The notes below the pieces were generated by a model. It ran no database searches, was not told the DNA's origin, and was given only the letters and a program-made list of their open reading frames with translations. Position numbers and translations under genes: made by a program. Shown piece by piece: positions 8,425-19,049 of a stretch of DNA of 24,562 nucleotides (positions are counted from its first letter, which is position 1; the number at the start of each line of letters is the position of its first letter). Source of the DNA: a virus (lineage: Duplodnaviria; Caudoviricetes); IMG/VR virus record IMGVR_UViG_3300020045_001154, positions 1 to 24,562 of that record; one strand, written 5' to 3'.

Positions 8425-11076
8425 TTATAAATCCGCACCATTTTTTACACTAACATATCTATTACCTACACTTTGTATTTCTTCAACAGCCACAATAGGT
8501 GGCGGAATGTTACTAATTGCATCTACTATAAAGTCTAAATTTTGAGTATCTGGTCGCACTCCTTGCGTAATAATTCCGCCACCAGCCATAAAGCCACTGC
8601 TTGAGCTACCTCCGTTAAATCTATTGTTAAAATCCATAAACGAACTAAATGCACTTCGGTTTAAAACACCTATTCCTTCGCCACGTTCCGCTTCGAAAGT
8701 TGTACCATCTTCTCCATAAAATTTAGTTCCGCCAGCACTATGTCTTTTCCCCCCGATTTCTTGAATACCACCTTTTTCGAATTTTACTCCAGCAATTCCA
8801 TCAATGTTTTTAGCAGCAAAAGCACCCGCAAAAGCACCAGCCCCAATTGCACGAGGTAAACTCGTTGGGTCTCCTGGTATAAATTGAGAATTAAATGCTT
8901 TCATAACAGATTGATAACCGTCAATACCCGCTTGGTATAATGCAAATGTCTTACCGACTTGGCTTTGTTTTCCAAATAACTCAGAAACTTTACCAAAAGT
9001 ATTAGATAGATTTTGAACTTTGAAATCATCGACAGACTGAGTTAATCTTTTATCTAATAAAGCGTACTTGTCTTTTATTAGTTGAGTATCGGCACCAGAT
9101 TTTTCAGCTTGTAAAAGTTCTTCTTCTAACTTTAAAGCGTTTTGCTCTCTTTGAATTTCAACATCTTGTTCAAATGTTAATTGTTTTGCAAGTCTTTCGT
9201 TTTCTAAATTAATAGTTTGACGTTCGCGTTCCTTTTGTTCGTCTGCTAGCTTCTTATCTTGACGCTGTTTATCGTAATCCGTTTGGATTGCTGAGATAGC
9301 GTCTTGGTATTGTTGTTCGTTTATTTCTCCTTGCGCCAATCTTAACGCTTGATAATCCATTTCTGCTTTTAACTTCTCATCAATAGACTTGTTGGCGTTA
9401 TTGATAATAATGTTTAATTCGCGTTCTCCTTGTTGAATTAATAATTCTGTATTACTTTGTAGTAATTGATTTTTTGCTTCGTTATTAGCTGTTAGGAAAT
9501 TTAACTTATCAACTTCTGTTTTCTTAGTGGCATCAAATTCCTTTTTGTTTATTACTAGCTGCTTTTGATAAACTTGTTCATTAAGCAAAAGCTGATCCTG
9601 TAAACTTTTCGCTTTAATTCCTTGACTAGATAAAAATAAATCTAATTCTGCTTTACTTTGTGCTATTCTATCATCTAATAATTTTTGATTTGCAGCTTGT
9701 CTTTTTTCTTCCGATGCTTTGGCTGCTTCGTTTGCTTTTTCTCTTTTTGCTTGTGCGTCTTCGTTTAGTTTGTCTTCTTGGTTTTGAGATTTTTCCAGCC
9801 TTTTTGTTGATTCGGATTGAATTTCTATTTTTCCTAATTCAGCTTTTTTAAGTGCGTCAAATTCTTCTTGCGATATTCTACCAGCATTTAATAAATAGTT
9901 ACCATAAGCAACCGTATTCCTTTTTAAACTTTCTAATTCTTTATTTGATAAATCGCCTTTTATTCTTGCGGCTTCGATTGCGTTTTTAATTTCCGCATTT
10001 GATAAAGCCATTCTTTGCTTGAAATTATTTTCTTCAATTGCTTGTGCTTGTTGAATAAATGCGATCCTTTCTTTTTCACTTAACGTTCTGTTTTTAGATT
10101 TTAGAATAAGCTCGTCATATTGTTGTGAAGCTCTGGCATTTGTAACCTCTTGAGAACTTAAAGCATCGTTTAAATCTTGTTGAGCTTCTTTTAAATTAGC
10201 AGCGTCTTTGGCAGCGGAAGCCATTGACCCACCTAAACCGCTAAATGCATCTGTTAAACTTTTAGCACCCGTTACAAAAGCCATTACTGCTTGTTTTGCA
10301 GTATCAAAAGCCGCTCCAACAGCAGCAGTGGCTTGCTCTATTTTATCCATTACTGGGTCTAATTTAGCAAACACGCTATATAATATTCCAGCCGCTAATG
10401 CAACCGCTGCTATAACCGCCCCAATAGGTGTGGCGATAAAGGCTAAACTTGCTTTAATCATTCCCCACACACCAGATACAACACCGCCTAAAGAATTTTT
10501 TAATAAGTTACCAGCACCGCCAGCCTCTTGCGCACGTTCAGTAAAGCCAGCCATTCCACCGTTTAAAGGATTTAAGTTTGCGACTGCTTCTCTAATACTA
10601 TCTGAGTAGTTACCTATGTTTATTTTTTGCTTTAAATAAGCGTCGGCATTTTCTTTTATAAACTCGTTGTTTTGGTCAAGTTTATTATTCAAGTCCGCAA
10701 GCTGTTTTTTACCTTCTTCAGTACTAACGTTTGTATCGTTACGTAATTTATTCAGTAACTTATTTTGTTCCCTCGCTTCTGTAATTGAGGTAACTTCTGT
10801 ATTTAAAGCCAACGCAACTAATTTACTCGCATTAGCTTGGTCGGCTTGTGCTTGAGTATTTTCGCTAATTGCTTTTATATTTTGATTATAAGCACTTTGC
10901 AAAGTTTTTAAATCAGCAGCATTTTGAACAAAGGCTTTGCTTGAAGTATCTCCCTCTTTCGTTAATGATTTTTGACTTTCTTTAAGCCTGTCTATTTCTG
11001 CTTTTAATTGACCTGTCGATTTTAACAATGCGTTAATATCTATATCCAATTCAGCTATTACAATTTTGTTTGCCAT
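8425..11076 (-). CDS. Tail tape measure protein
   Basis: 883 aa of long Ala/Gln/Lys/Glu-rich coiled coil with a central hydrophobic segment (FIATPIGAVIAAVALAAGIL) and a C-terminal FEKGG...GKRHSAGG...EAERGE motif. Confidence 0.85.
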   Translation of the reverse strand: MANKIVIAELDIDINALLKSTGQLKAEIDRLKESQKSLTKEGDTSSKAFVQNAADLKTLQSAYNQNIKAISENTQAQADQANASKLVALALNTEVTSITEAREQNKLLNKLRNDTNVSTEEGKKQLADLNNKLDQNNEFIKENADAYLKQKINIGNYSDSIREAVANLNPLNGGMAGFTERAQEAGGAGNLLKNSLGGVVSGVWGMIKASLAFIATPIGAVIAAVALAAGILYSVFAKLDPVMDKIEQATAAVGAAFDTAKQAVMAFVTGAKSLTDAFSGLGGSMASAAKDAANLKEAQQDLNDALSSQEVTNARASQQYDELILKSKNRTLSEKERIAFIQQAQAIEENNFKQRMALSNAEIKNAIEAARIKGDLSNKELESLKRNTVAYGNYLLNAGRISQEEFDALKKAELGKIEIQSESTKRLEKSQNQEDKLNEDAQAKREKANEAAKASEEKRQAANQKLLDDRIAQSKAELDLFLSSQGIKAKSLQDQLLLNEQVYQKQLVINKKEFDATKKTEVDKLNFLTANNEAKNQLLQSNTELLIQQGERELNIIINNANKSIDEKLKAEMDYQALRLAQGEINEQQYQDAISAIQTDYDKQRQDKKLADEQKERERQTINLENERLAKQLTFEQDVEIQREQNALKLEEELLQAEKSGADTQLIKDKYALLDKRLTQSVDDFKVQNLSNTFGKVSELFGKQSQVGKTFALYQAGIDGYQSVMKAFNSQFIPGDPTSLPRAIGAGAFAGAFAAKNIDGIAGVKFEKGGIQEIGGKRHSAGGTKFYGEDGTTFEAERGEGIGVLNRSAFSSFMDFNNRFNGGSSSSGFMAGGGIITQGVRPDTQNLDFIVDAISNIPPPIVAVEEIQSVGNRYVSVKNGADL

Positions 11077-11077
11077 G

Positions 11078-12352
11078 TTATTTAATTTCAGTTATTATAA
11101 AATTCATAGACGTAACTGTGATATTCGTTGCACTTGAATTATTAGCACAATGAACCTCTATAAAATCTAATTGTTTATGTGAAATAATAGAAGTAAAAGA
11201 AACGTTTTCGGATAAACCACTACCATTTGTAGTAACCATTGTTCTACTCGCTATTCTGATACCGGCTAACTCACTATCGTAAAAACCAAATTCGCAAGTT
11301 TGATTATTTCCAGAAGTAAAAGATAACTGACAAATAACCGTATATTTTCTTTCAATAGCTGCATCACAAGTTAATCTATTGTTTGAATGTAGATATTTAG
11401 AATTCTCAGCTCCAGCAGTTGTTGTTCCTGCTACCTTTACAAAAGTACTAGAAGAAGCTATTGTTGTAGCGGTTGCATTACCTATCATGTAAGCCTGTCC
11501 AATAACAGAAGTATTAGTAACCCCTCTGCAATTTAAAAATAAAGCCTTATTGCTTGTTTGTGTAACTCCCCCAATATAAGCAGGAGATACTCCGCTAAAA
11601 CTTACGGTATCTAAAATATAACTCTCGTCTGGAATGGTAGCTAAGGGAGATACAGAAATTCCAACAGAAGTGCTATTACAAATAAATGACGAGTAGATTA
11701 TTCTAAACCTCCTTGTTATTGCGCAAGTTGATAATAGAGATAATAAAACAATAGATGAAGCCGCAGGTATAAATAAGCAATTATCAAATGCTAAAGTACC
11801 TATTGTAGAATCAAATTCTAATTCGGCACTATTCGAAATAGTACAATTATTAAATATTATACTTGCATAATTACCTAATCCACCTAATAAATTAAAATTC
11901 TTAATTGTACAACTTGTAAAAAAAACATTATCAGTACCAGGATTACCGTTAGCCGATATAAAAACACCAACGCAATTTGTGCCATCAAATCCTAAATTAG
12001 CAACGTCAACATTGCTAGGGCTATTTATGAAATTACCTATTGATACAGAACTATATAAAGCTGAATTTAAACTAGAACTCCCCCTCAATGCTGTATTAAC
12101 TCCGAGTTGTAAAGTATTACCTAACAAATCTAAAGAAGTAACAAAATAATAAGTAGTGTTATCTGCTAGAGTAATAACGTTTGATATTGGTGTAGGTAAA
12201 TCGGCTAAACTACCTATTACTTGAAAAGTTCCTGTGAGTATTTTATCTTCAATCTCTTGAAAGTTGTCGTTTATCTTATCGCCTCCGATTCGTAGCTTAT
12301 CACCTAAACCATTGTTAGCACTTGCGCCTAAATCAATTAATTGTATTGCCAT
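11078..12352 (-). CDS. Receptor-binding protein / tailspike
   Basis: N-terminal IDLGASANNGLGDKLRIGGDKINDNF anchor (T4 gp9/gp10-like motif), beta-helix-like middle (FTSCTI, FNNCTI, FDNCLF) and a C1q/TNF-like beta-sandwich C-terminus. Confidence 0.7.
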   Translation of the reverse strand: MAIQLIDLGASANNGLGDKLRIGGDKINDNFQEIEDKILTGTFQVIGSLADLPTPISNVITLADNTTYYFVTSLDLLGNTLQLGVNTALRGSSSLNSALYSSVSIGNFINSPSNVDVANLGFDGTNCVGVFISANGNPGTDNVFFTSCTIKNFNLLGGLGNYASIIFNNCTISNSAELEFDSTIGTLAFDNCLFIPAASSIVLLSLLSTCAITRRFRIIYSSFICNSTSVGISVSPLATIPDESYILDTVSFSGVSPAYIGGVTQTSNKALFLNCRGVTNTSVIGQAYMIGNATATTIASSSTFVKVAGTTTAGAENSKYLHSNNRLTCDAAIERKYTVICQLSFTSGNNQTCEFGFYDSELAGIRIASRTMVTTNGSGLSENVSFTSIISHKQLDFIEVHCANNSSATNITVTSMNFIITEIK

Positions 12353-12354
12353 AT

Positions 12355-12708
12355 TTATAAATTATCAAATGTTATTATTGTGTTATCAAAACTTATCTCA
12401 TCATTATCAAAAGAGTAAATCATTTGTTCCGTTGTTATTTCGTTGCTTAAAGTTACCTCTCCTGTTTGCGTGTTAGTCGTTTCTAATTGTATGGATTGAA
12501 CCCCAACCGAAGCAAACTCAACTTCGTAAATTCTAGGTGTAACTTGAGTAACGGTTCCAGTGGTAATAAAATCAAAAGTAAAAATATTCTTGTTGAAGTT
12601 TCCATCAACATAAACTTTCACTTTCTTACCAAATTCACTTTGTCTAAATTCCAATCGATTAAATCCAAAGTGAATAAACGGTTTTATATTTCTAATTTCT
12701 TTTATCAT
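12355..12708 (-). CDS. Small virion protein with C-terminal FDN triplet
   Basis: Beta-rich 117 aa ending YSFDNDEISFDNTIITFDNL. Lies between the tail-tip and RBP genes. Confidence 0.55.
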   Translation of the reverse strand: MIKEIRNIKPFIHFGFNRLEFRQSEFGKKVKVYVDGNFNKNIFTFDFITTGTVTQVTPRIYEVEFASVGVQSIQLETTNTQTGEVTLSNEITTEQMIYSFDNDEISFDNTIITFDNL

Positions 12709-14945
12709 GGTAGCACTTCTATTGTTTCGCTTATTGGTTCACCTATCGAATTTACTAATCTAAATAATTTAGGTGTTAATGTAGCGTATCCACACGTTGG
12801 ACTTTCAGTTATTGGGACGGCGCCTATTTCAAAAGTCAAGCCACCATCTGAACTAAAACTGAAATAAATCGGACTCAATGCGTCAAATACAAAAGGTGTT
12901 ATTGTAAAACATCCTAAACTATAACTTAATGTATAATCATAAGCTGGAGTCACAAACGTTGGTGTCTGAACATAATCTACTTTAATCATTTCGCATTTAG
13001 TAATTCCTTTAGTATCAAAGTTACTGATTTTATTCAAGATAAAGTAATTGTTTAGTTCTTTTATCCAATATAATTTACTGAAATCAATATCAACAATGTC
13101 TTTTTCTATTAAGTATATTTCAACATCTAAAATCCTACTATTATTTAATATCTTACTTATTGGTAAATAGTAGTCTTGTATAACATCATTAAAAGGCAAC
13201 TTGTAAAAACTATCGTAAGGAGCTGAATTTATAATTGTTTCTTCATCTAAAACCTCGCTCCCTATAATTTTTGTATCCTCGAAAAAATATTCGTCATAAC
13301 GCATAAAATAAAAGCGTTTATCTAAACTTTTATAAGTAGTTGTTCCGTCGTCTTTAGGCTCTTTATTCCATAACTTGTAAACATTTGTGTCTTTGTATAA
13401 CTGAGTTGTTTTCTCTTTCTCAGGCGAATACACAAACGAACTAACTACGTTCTTATTATCTTCTAAATTCACATTCGAAATTGAAATCAATCCGTTATTA
13501 TAAGTGCTTTCATTATCGTTATATTTATAAACGAAATTGTTTACTTGCGCATAACTTCCGTATGTGTAACGCTCGTTAGTTTGTCTTATAAATTTAGATT
13601 TATCAGCACTCCAATCGACAACCTCATTATCTTGTAGTAATTCGTAAAGAGTTAAGAACTTGTAGTGATTTGAATACTTGTCTTTAAATGGAGTCAATCC
13701 AAAACGATTGCAAATTTCCTGAATAAAATCTCTTGTTTTGAAATCTATAAATGCACCACTAAAGTCAATAATAGAATTTTCTACTTTTGAAATCTTTAAA
13801 AGATTAGGAGTTATATAGTCAACAGAACTTATGTAATTATCGCCATTCTTTGCTTTTAAAACAAAACATACACTTTCGTTTTCCGCTATTTCAATAATGG
13901 TATTTACATTTATAGTATTAACACCACCAACAATAGAAGTTCCGAACCCCATCTCATCTAGTTTCTGCAACAACACAATATCATCACTGTCAGTAATTGA
14001 CTCGCTATTTTTAGCAAGCCATAGCTCTGTTGCGATAAACCTAGACTCATAAAACAAACCACCAGATAAAATGCCAGGTCCGTATTGTTTAGCAAAAACT
14101 TGCCCAGATATTTCAATTCTATAATTTCCCCCTTCGTTTGGTTTGAAATGTTTGTCTAAATAAACACTGTCTAAGTCATTTAAAACGTTGCTTTCTTGGA
14201 ATAATAGAGATGTCTTTTTATTTTCTAAAACTGGATTTAAAGCTGGAGAATTAAAATCATAACTCACAAAATCTAACTCATTACTTTCGTAAATAGGAAC
14301 ATCTGGAGTTGTACTCAACACACCCTTCGGATAACTTAACCAAAGGTTTTGAAAATTAAACGTATCGAATACCGATCCTTCATAAGTAAAACTATAAAAC
14401 TCAAAAACTTTATCCCATAAATATTTTACGTTTACACTTGGGACCAGATAATCAATATTAATCTTGGTGCCAGAATATAAACTTTTTCCATTGTAATCAG
14501 CGATAATATATTTGTACATACTCGCTGGATCAAAACTCGCTATTACATTCGCTAAAGTTTTTGTGTGATTTATTTCTTCAAGTGGTAATTCCGATAAAGT
14601 TTTATTTTCAATCGCTTTATATAAATCGATATTACCATCGTATGTATTTAGTTTGAAATCCTTATCAGTTGAATTAATAACCGCCCACCCATTATAAACC
14701 AATGCTTCGCCACTATCAGCATAAAGATAGCAGTTGTTCCTTTGGTAAGGCACTTGGCTATTAACACCTATAATACCTAACTTTTGCATTGCTACAATAT
14801 TATTTGGTGTTCTAGGTACTGAGAAACTATTAGTATAATTGCTCTGTCTTGTCGATAAACTTACAATATCATTTACTTGAAGTGTACGAGTGATTTTTGT
14901 TTTATCCGATAATTCTATTTCAAAATTATTTATAATCAATCTCAT
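12705..14945 (-). CDS. Tail tip / baseplate hub protein
   Basis: 746 aa with an N-terminal LQVNDI...QSNYTNSFSVPRTPNN motif typical of Bacteroidetes siphovirus tail-tip proteins. Confidence 0.65.
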   Translation of the reverse strand: MRLIINNFEIELSDKTKITRTLQVNDIVSLSTRQSNYTNSFSVPRTPNNIVAMQKLGIIGVNSQVPYQRNNCYLYADSGEALVYNGWAVINSTDKDFKLNTYDGNIDLYKAIENKTLSELPLEEINHTKTLANVIASFDPASMYKYIIADYNGKSLYSGTKINIDYLVPSVNVKYLWDKVFEFYSFTYEGSVFDTFNFQNLWLSYPKGVLSTTPDVPIYESNELDFVSYDFNSPALNPVLENKKTSLLFQESNVLNDLDSVYLDKHFKPNEGGNYRIEISGQVFAKQYGPGILSGGLFYESRFIATELWLAKNSESITDSDDIVLLQKLDEMGFGTSIVGGVNTINVNTIIEIAENESVCFVLKAKNGDNYISSVDYITPNLLKISKVENSIIDFSGAFIDFKTRDFIQEICNRFGLTPFKDKYSNHYKFLTLYELLQDNEVVDWSADKSKFIRQTNERYTYGSYAQVNNFVYKYNDNESTYNNGLISISNVNLEDNKNVVSSFVYSPEKEKTTQLYKDTNVYKLWNKEPKDDGTTTYKSLDKRFYFMRYDEYFFEDTKIIGSEVLDEETIINSAPYDSFYKLPFNDVIQDYYLPISKILNNSRILDVEIYLIEKDIVDIDFSKLYWIKELNNYFILNKISNFDTKGITKCEMIKVDYVQTPTFVTPAYDYTLSYSLGCFTITPFVFDALSPIYFSFSSDGGLTFEIGAVPITESPTCGYATLTPKLFRLVNSIGEPISETIEVLP

Positions 14946-16075
14946 AGCGTGCGTGTTACATTTAAAGGTAATTCAATTGTAAAATTTAAATTGTATTGGT
15001 CGCCTCTTGAGTTTGAAGTTCTAAAGTTACCAGCCTTTAAATTTACCTCTACCCAATCGTTAAAATTATTTTGACTAAAAGGCGTTCCAGTAAACAAATA
15101 AACCTTTGCGCTATCTAACAAATCTTTCAATATTGTATAATCAAATTCTGTTATACCATCTTGACTTAATTGTATTGAAGTTTCTGAAGTTTTACCCATA
15201 CTTACGTAAGGCGAAATTGTTTCTTCAAGGTTCAAATAATCATTAAATAAAAAACCTACTTCTTTAGTTGCTAAATTTTCGTTCCCTTTGTAAAATAACC
15301 AATAAGACCACCCACCAAAAGAATTAATCCATTTTATATAATGCCCGTCAGTGCAAGTTGGCACTATCTTTTGAAGTAATATATTGAATTGTTCATTAAC
15401 TGCTAAATCATTATATCCTGTAATTAAAGGTAAAGCGTCCTCAATAGTTACATCAGTTCTACCATCTGAAAATACAAGTCTTTCAACATCTGTATTAATG
15501 TCATCAAACACATAATTAACAGCATTTGTGTTATTGGTTATGTCAATATCTTCATCTACAATTTTTAAAAATGTAGCATCAAAAGGATAGCCAGCCCAAT
15601 ATTTAGAAAAGAAATTGTAGTAACTATCGTTTAAAGGTCGTTGTAATAGTGTCGATTTATCAATTAGTAAATCTAAACTAGGATATAATCTTTTATAGTT
15701 AGTCAATTGAACATAGCCACTTAACCAATAAACAGATTTAGAAGCAGTTTCAACACTTTCATCTTGAAGAACTAAATTAAAATCTATATCTTCAAATAAT
15801 AAAACAGGTAAACTCCAATCGTAAACATAAGAACTAGGTAAGCTAGGGTTTAAATAATCTTTGAAATTACTCGTATTTAAAATTGTTGTTATTAATTCTT
15901 TGAAATTATAACTAAAAAAACCACTCGGACCAGGATAAAGTCTAATCGTATCAGTCCCAATATTTATATCGCAATATGCAGCGGGTCCAGAATCAGTAAA
16001 AAACTCAACTATATTATTATTGTAAGCTAAGTTTACCCTATCTTCTCTTAAATCTTTATTGAATACTATTGCCAT
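14942..16075 (-). CDS. Distal tail-like structural protein
   Basis: 377 aa with YIKWINSFGGWSYWLF and LLDSAKVY motifs typical of the gene preceding the tail-tip protein. Confidence 0.6.
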   Translation of the reverse strand: MAIVFNKDLREDRVNLAYNNNIVEFFTDSGPAAYCDINIGTDTIRLYPGPSGFFSYNFKELITTILNTSNFKDYLNPSLPSSYVYDWSLPVLLFEDIDFNLVLQDESVETASKSVYWLSGYVQLTNYKRLYPSLDLLIDKSTLLQRPLNDSYYNFFSKYWAGYPFDATFLKIVDEDIDITNNTNAVNYVFDDINTDVERLVFSDGRTDVTIEDALPLITGYNDLAVNEQFNILLQKIVPTCTDGHYIKWINSFGGWSYWLFYKGNENLATKEVGFLFNDYLNLEETISPYVSMGKTSETSIQLSQDGITEFDYTILKDLLDSAKVYLFTGTPFSQNNFNDWVEVNLKAGNFRTSNSRGDQYNLNFTIELPLNVTRTL

Positions 16076-16076
16076 A

Positions 16077-16538
16077 TTAAAAAGCCATTTCTTTAATTAA
16101 TCTTTCTATATCTGAGGTAAATACTAAAGTTTGTTCAGCTCCAACCTCGTCAATTATCTTTTGTATGCGTTCATCTGTTATTACTTCGCTTATCAATTCA
16201 ACACCTCCGAACTGCTCACGCTTCCATCCATTTCTAGCTATCTTACGAGCTATCAAAAAAGCCAACGCACTCACGGTTATTTCTCCTTGTATTCTGTTTG
16301 CAATGCCTTTATCAACAATCCATTTCTTAATAGCATCAATAGGCGGAAATCTACCAGCCTTACGACCTGTTTCTAATTGCTGAGCGTAATCCTCGCCCCA
16401 TAGCTGAGCGTTCAATCCTTCAACTCTAACCTCTAAACTTTCAGCAAACTTGCCACTTGCTCGCATACCTTTAGCATCGTAAGCAGTGATTAAGTCTTTT
16501 TTTAGTGCTTCGAATTGAGTTGATAGAATCTTACTCAT
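16077..16538 (-). CDS. Neck / tail completion protein (HK97 gp10-like)
   Basis: ASGKFAESL...LETGRKAGRFPPIDAIKKW...LAFLIARKIARNG pattern. Confidence 0.6.
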   Translation of the reverse strand: MSKILSTQFEALKKDLITAYDAKGMRASGKFAESLEVRVEGLNAQLWGEDYAQQLETGRKAGRFPPIDAIKKWIVDKGIANRIQGEITVSALAFLIARKIARNGWKREQFGGVELISEVITDERIQKIIDEVGAEQTLVFTSDIERLIKEMAF

Positions 16539-16968
16539 ATACTCTAAATTGAAACGTTACCCATAAACCAGACAAATTCGCATCGATAACATCAACTGCA
16601 TCGACACTCTCAAAACTAATAACATCAATTTCACCGCAATAAGTTAAACCCGCTTCAAAAGCATTTAAATCAGTAACCAAAGGCTCGATTCTATTTTCGT
16701 ATTTACTTTCGCTTTCTGGCGCATCTGTTTCATTGTAGTAAGCTTGTGAAAAGTTATCAGGCATCACAAAAAAGAAATTACCATTATAAATCCTACTGTT
16801 TGTATTACGTTCATAAATCCCTCTTCTAACAGGAAACAATAACAAATGCACTTTATCTGGCTCTAAATCAGAATTCGCATCAATTAGATTTAAATGTGAT
16901 TTATTACCATAGTGGAATTTAAATCCTTTAGCCGTACAAACACCCTCGATTACTCTTACTATATCCAT
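16531..16968 (-). CDS. Putative tail terminator-like protein
   Basis: 145 aa, acidic alpha/beta, ending GLWVTFQF. Adjacent to the tail completion gene. Confidence 0.45.
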   Translation of the reverse strand: MDIVRVIEGVCTAKGFKFHYGNKSHLNLIDANSDLEPDKVHLLLFPVRRGIYERNTNSRIYNGNFFFVMPDNFSQAYYNETDAPESESKYENRIEPLVTDLNAFEAGLTYCGEIDVISFESVDAVDVIDANLSGLWVTFQFRVYE

Positions 16969-16969
16969 A

Positions 16970-17125
16970 TTAACAAACTATTCTAAAACCACGATAAAAA
17001 CCTTTTACAATTAAGTGTTTGATACTATTGTAAATTTCAAAACTAACCAATATATCCACCTCTCCAATTAAATGTAAAGGCACTTGATTAATCATTTCAT
17101 CTAATATTGCTTTGTTACTATTCAT
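16970..17125 (-). CDS. Hypothetical 51-aa protein
   Basis: Not in the ORF track: MNSNKAILDEMINQVPLHLIGEVDILVSFEIYNSIKHLIVKGFYRGFRIVC*. Fills the gap with 1-2 nt spacing on both sides. Confidence 0.6.
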   Translation of the reverse strand: MNSNKAILDEMINQVPLHLIGEVDILVSFEIYNSIKHLIVKGFYRGFRIVC

Positions 17126-17127
17126 AA

Positions 17128-17664
17128 TTATTTATGTTTTAATCTACTAAATTCGTTATCTACTCTCGACTGCATATTATTCATTCTTAACAGATAAATT
17201 ATTTCAATATATTTCTTTTCCCCCAAATCGAATGGGTAGCCTCCGTAAATTTTAGCGAGTTGTGAAAGTGGTAATACATCACTGAACTCGTCTAAACTTT
17301 TCCCTCCAGCCATCTCCCATAAAACACTATCCGCTCCAACGGATTGCAATAATTCAGACTCCCTCTTATGCAAAAATACAAAATAATCTGATAAATATTT
17401 CTTTATTTGAAAAAACTTTTGTATGGTAAGCGATAAAAATTCAACTTCCGTTATTTTAAACGCACTCATAAAGATAGATTTAATATCTAATTCTTCTTTT
17501 GCAGTACGTAATTTATTAAACAATCCTTTCACTTCATTATAACTTAAGTCGTCAAGATTTACTTTGTAATGTTCTTTAGGCTTTAAATGTTGCATTAAAG
17601 CTAAATACGGTAGTTTCTTTTCTTCTGATAAATCTAAGTATTCTTTTATAGTTATTTGCTTCAT
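17128..17664 (-). CDS. Hypothetical protein, possible tail assembly chaperone
   Basis: 178 aa, helical, coupled to terL. The C-terminal AGG.SL..F.....LSQLA....G.P...KY pattern is reminiscent of chaperone GT-type tails (weak). Confidence 0.4.
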   Translation of the reverse strand: MKQITIKEYLDLSEEKKLPYLALMQHLKPKEHYKVNLDDLSYNEVKGLFNKLRTAKEELDIKSIFMSAFKITEVEFLSLTIQKFFQIKKYLSDYFVFLHKRESELLQSVGADSVLWEMAGGKSLDEFSDVLPLSQLAKIYGGYPFDLGEKKYIEIIYLLRMNNMQSRVDNEFSRLKHK

Positions 17665-19049
17665 AATCGTATGTTTAATGCTTTAGATTTACTTATTAAT
17701 TCATCTTCAATAGCGTATGCAGTTAAATCAACGTGCTCATCATGTTTGGCATTAGGGAACATTGCAATCTGCTGAAGATAACTTTCGTTCCAACTGCCTT
17801 GAATTAATTTAACACGTCCACTTTCAATGTAAGGAGATACACTCCTTGCTCTTTCAATCTTAGACATCTGTACTAAATCGTTTTTAATTTCCGCAACGTT
17901 TAATTTAGTTTGACTTTTTAATAGTTGCACTATTGATTTACCACTTGCTTTTGGTTCTGCTCTAATGATTGAAATATTAACTCCTAGACTTTGAATGTAA
18001 GTAGGTATGAATTTTATTAGTTCAGGAATTTCTAAATACTTATCGATTGAACTTAGAATATACATTTCATTATTGTATTTACCGTACACCATTAAGCCAG
18101 TCGGGTCGTTTGCTGTGTCTTTTGTATAAGCTCCATCAATAACCATCTTCCAATTAATCGGAGGCAATGATTTAAGATTAACAATTTCAAACCAATCTTT
18201 ACGCCACTCTCCGCCTTCGTCTGGAGAGGGTTGTTGCATGTATTGTCCAGCGAATGTATATTTACTCGCTTGCCTAATTTGTTCTAACTCTGCAAACGTA
18301 TGCTTTTCAGGATATAAAGGTTCGTTAAATTCATTTAAAGCAGGCAAACATAAATGTTCCCATTGTTCACCGCTTCCGCCATTCAATAAATAACCGCTTA
18401 AATCCTCTTCGTGCAACCTTTGCATAATAACTACAATAGGTGTGTTTCTATCGTTTACACGCGATCGAATTGTATTATTAAACCTTTCATTAACTGCTTT
18501 TCTTTTAACCTCACTCAATGCATCGTCTGGCTTTAAAGGATCATCAATTAAAATAGCCCCGCTAAACATTTCACTTTCAGCAACTCCAGCACCAAACCCC
18601 GTAATCGCTCCACCACTTGCAGTAGCATAAACACCTCCACCATCTTCGTTAAACCATTTCTTTTTACCTTGAGCGTCTTTTTTTAGTTTCATTTGCCAAA
18701 ACTTTTGGAACGCATCACTTTCAATATATTCCTTTGCTTGACTTGAATTATCTAAAGCTAAATCATCTGAATAAGATAAGTGTATGAATTTAGATTGCGA
18801 GTTACGAACTAAACACCAGCTTATAAAAAGCTTAATTACAATTTCTGTTTTACCATAACGTGGCGGAATATTTATAATTCCTCTTTTTACTTCGCCATTA
18901 AAAACACGCATTAAGAACTCTACTATCAAAACGAAGTGAGGCGCAACAATGAAGTTACGCCTGTGAATTTCTTTATACATGTAACGGCAAAAGAATAAAA
19001 AATTATTCTCACACATTACCTTTAAAACTTTCTCTTCGTTTGTTAGCAT
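17661..19049 (-). CDS. terL: Terminase large subunit
   Basis: Walker A PPRYGKT, LIDDP, MQRLHEEDL, YMQQP, nuclease IDGA and FPNAKHDEHVD. Confidence 0.95.
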   Translation of the reverse strand: MLTNEEKVLKVMCENNFLFFCRYMYKEIHRRNFIVAPHFVLIVEFLMRVFNGEVKRGIINIPPRYGKTEIVIKLFISWCLVRNSQSKFIHLSYSDDLALDNSSQAKEYIESDAFQKFWQMKLKKDAQGKKKWFNEDGGGVYATASGGAITGFGAGVAESEMFSGAILIDDPLKPDDALSEVKRKAVNERFNNTIRSRVNDRNTPIVVIMQRLHEEDLSGYLLNGGSGEQWEHLCLPALNEFNEPLYPEKHTFAELEQIRQASKYTFAGQYMQQPSPDEGGEWRKDWFEIVNLKSLPPINWKMVIDGAYTKDTANDPTGLMVYGKYNNEMYILSSIDKYLEIPELIKFIPTYIQSLGVNISIIRAEPKASGKSIVQLLKSQTKLNVAEIKNDLVQMSKIERARSVSPYIESGRVKLIQGSWNESYLQQIAMFPNAKHDEHVDLTAYAIEDELISKSKALNIRL

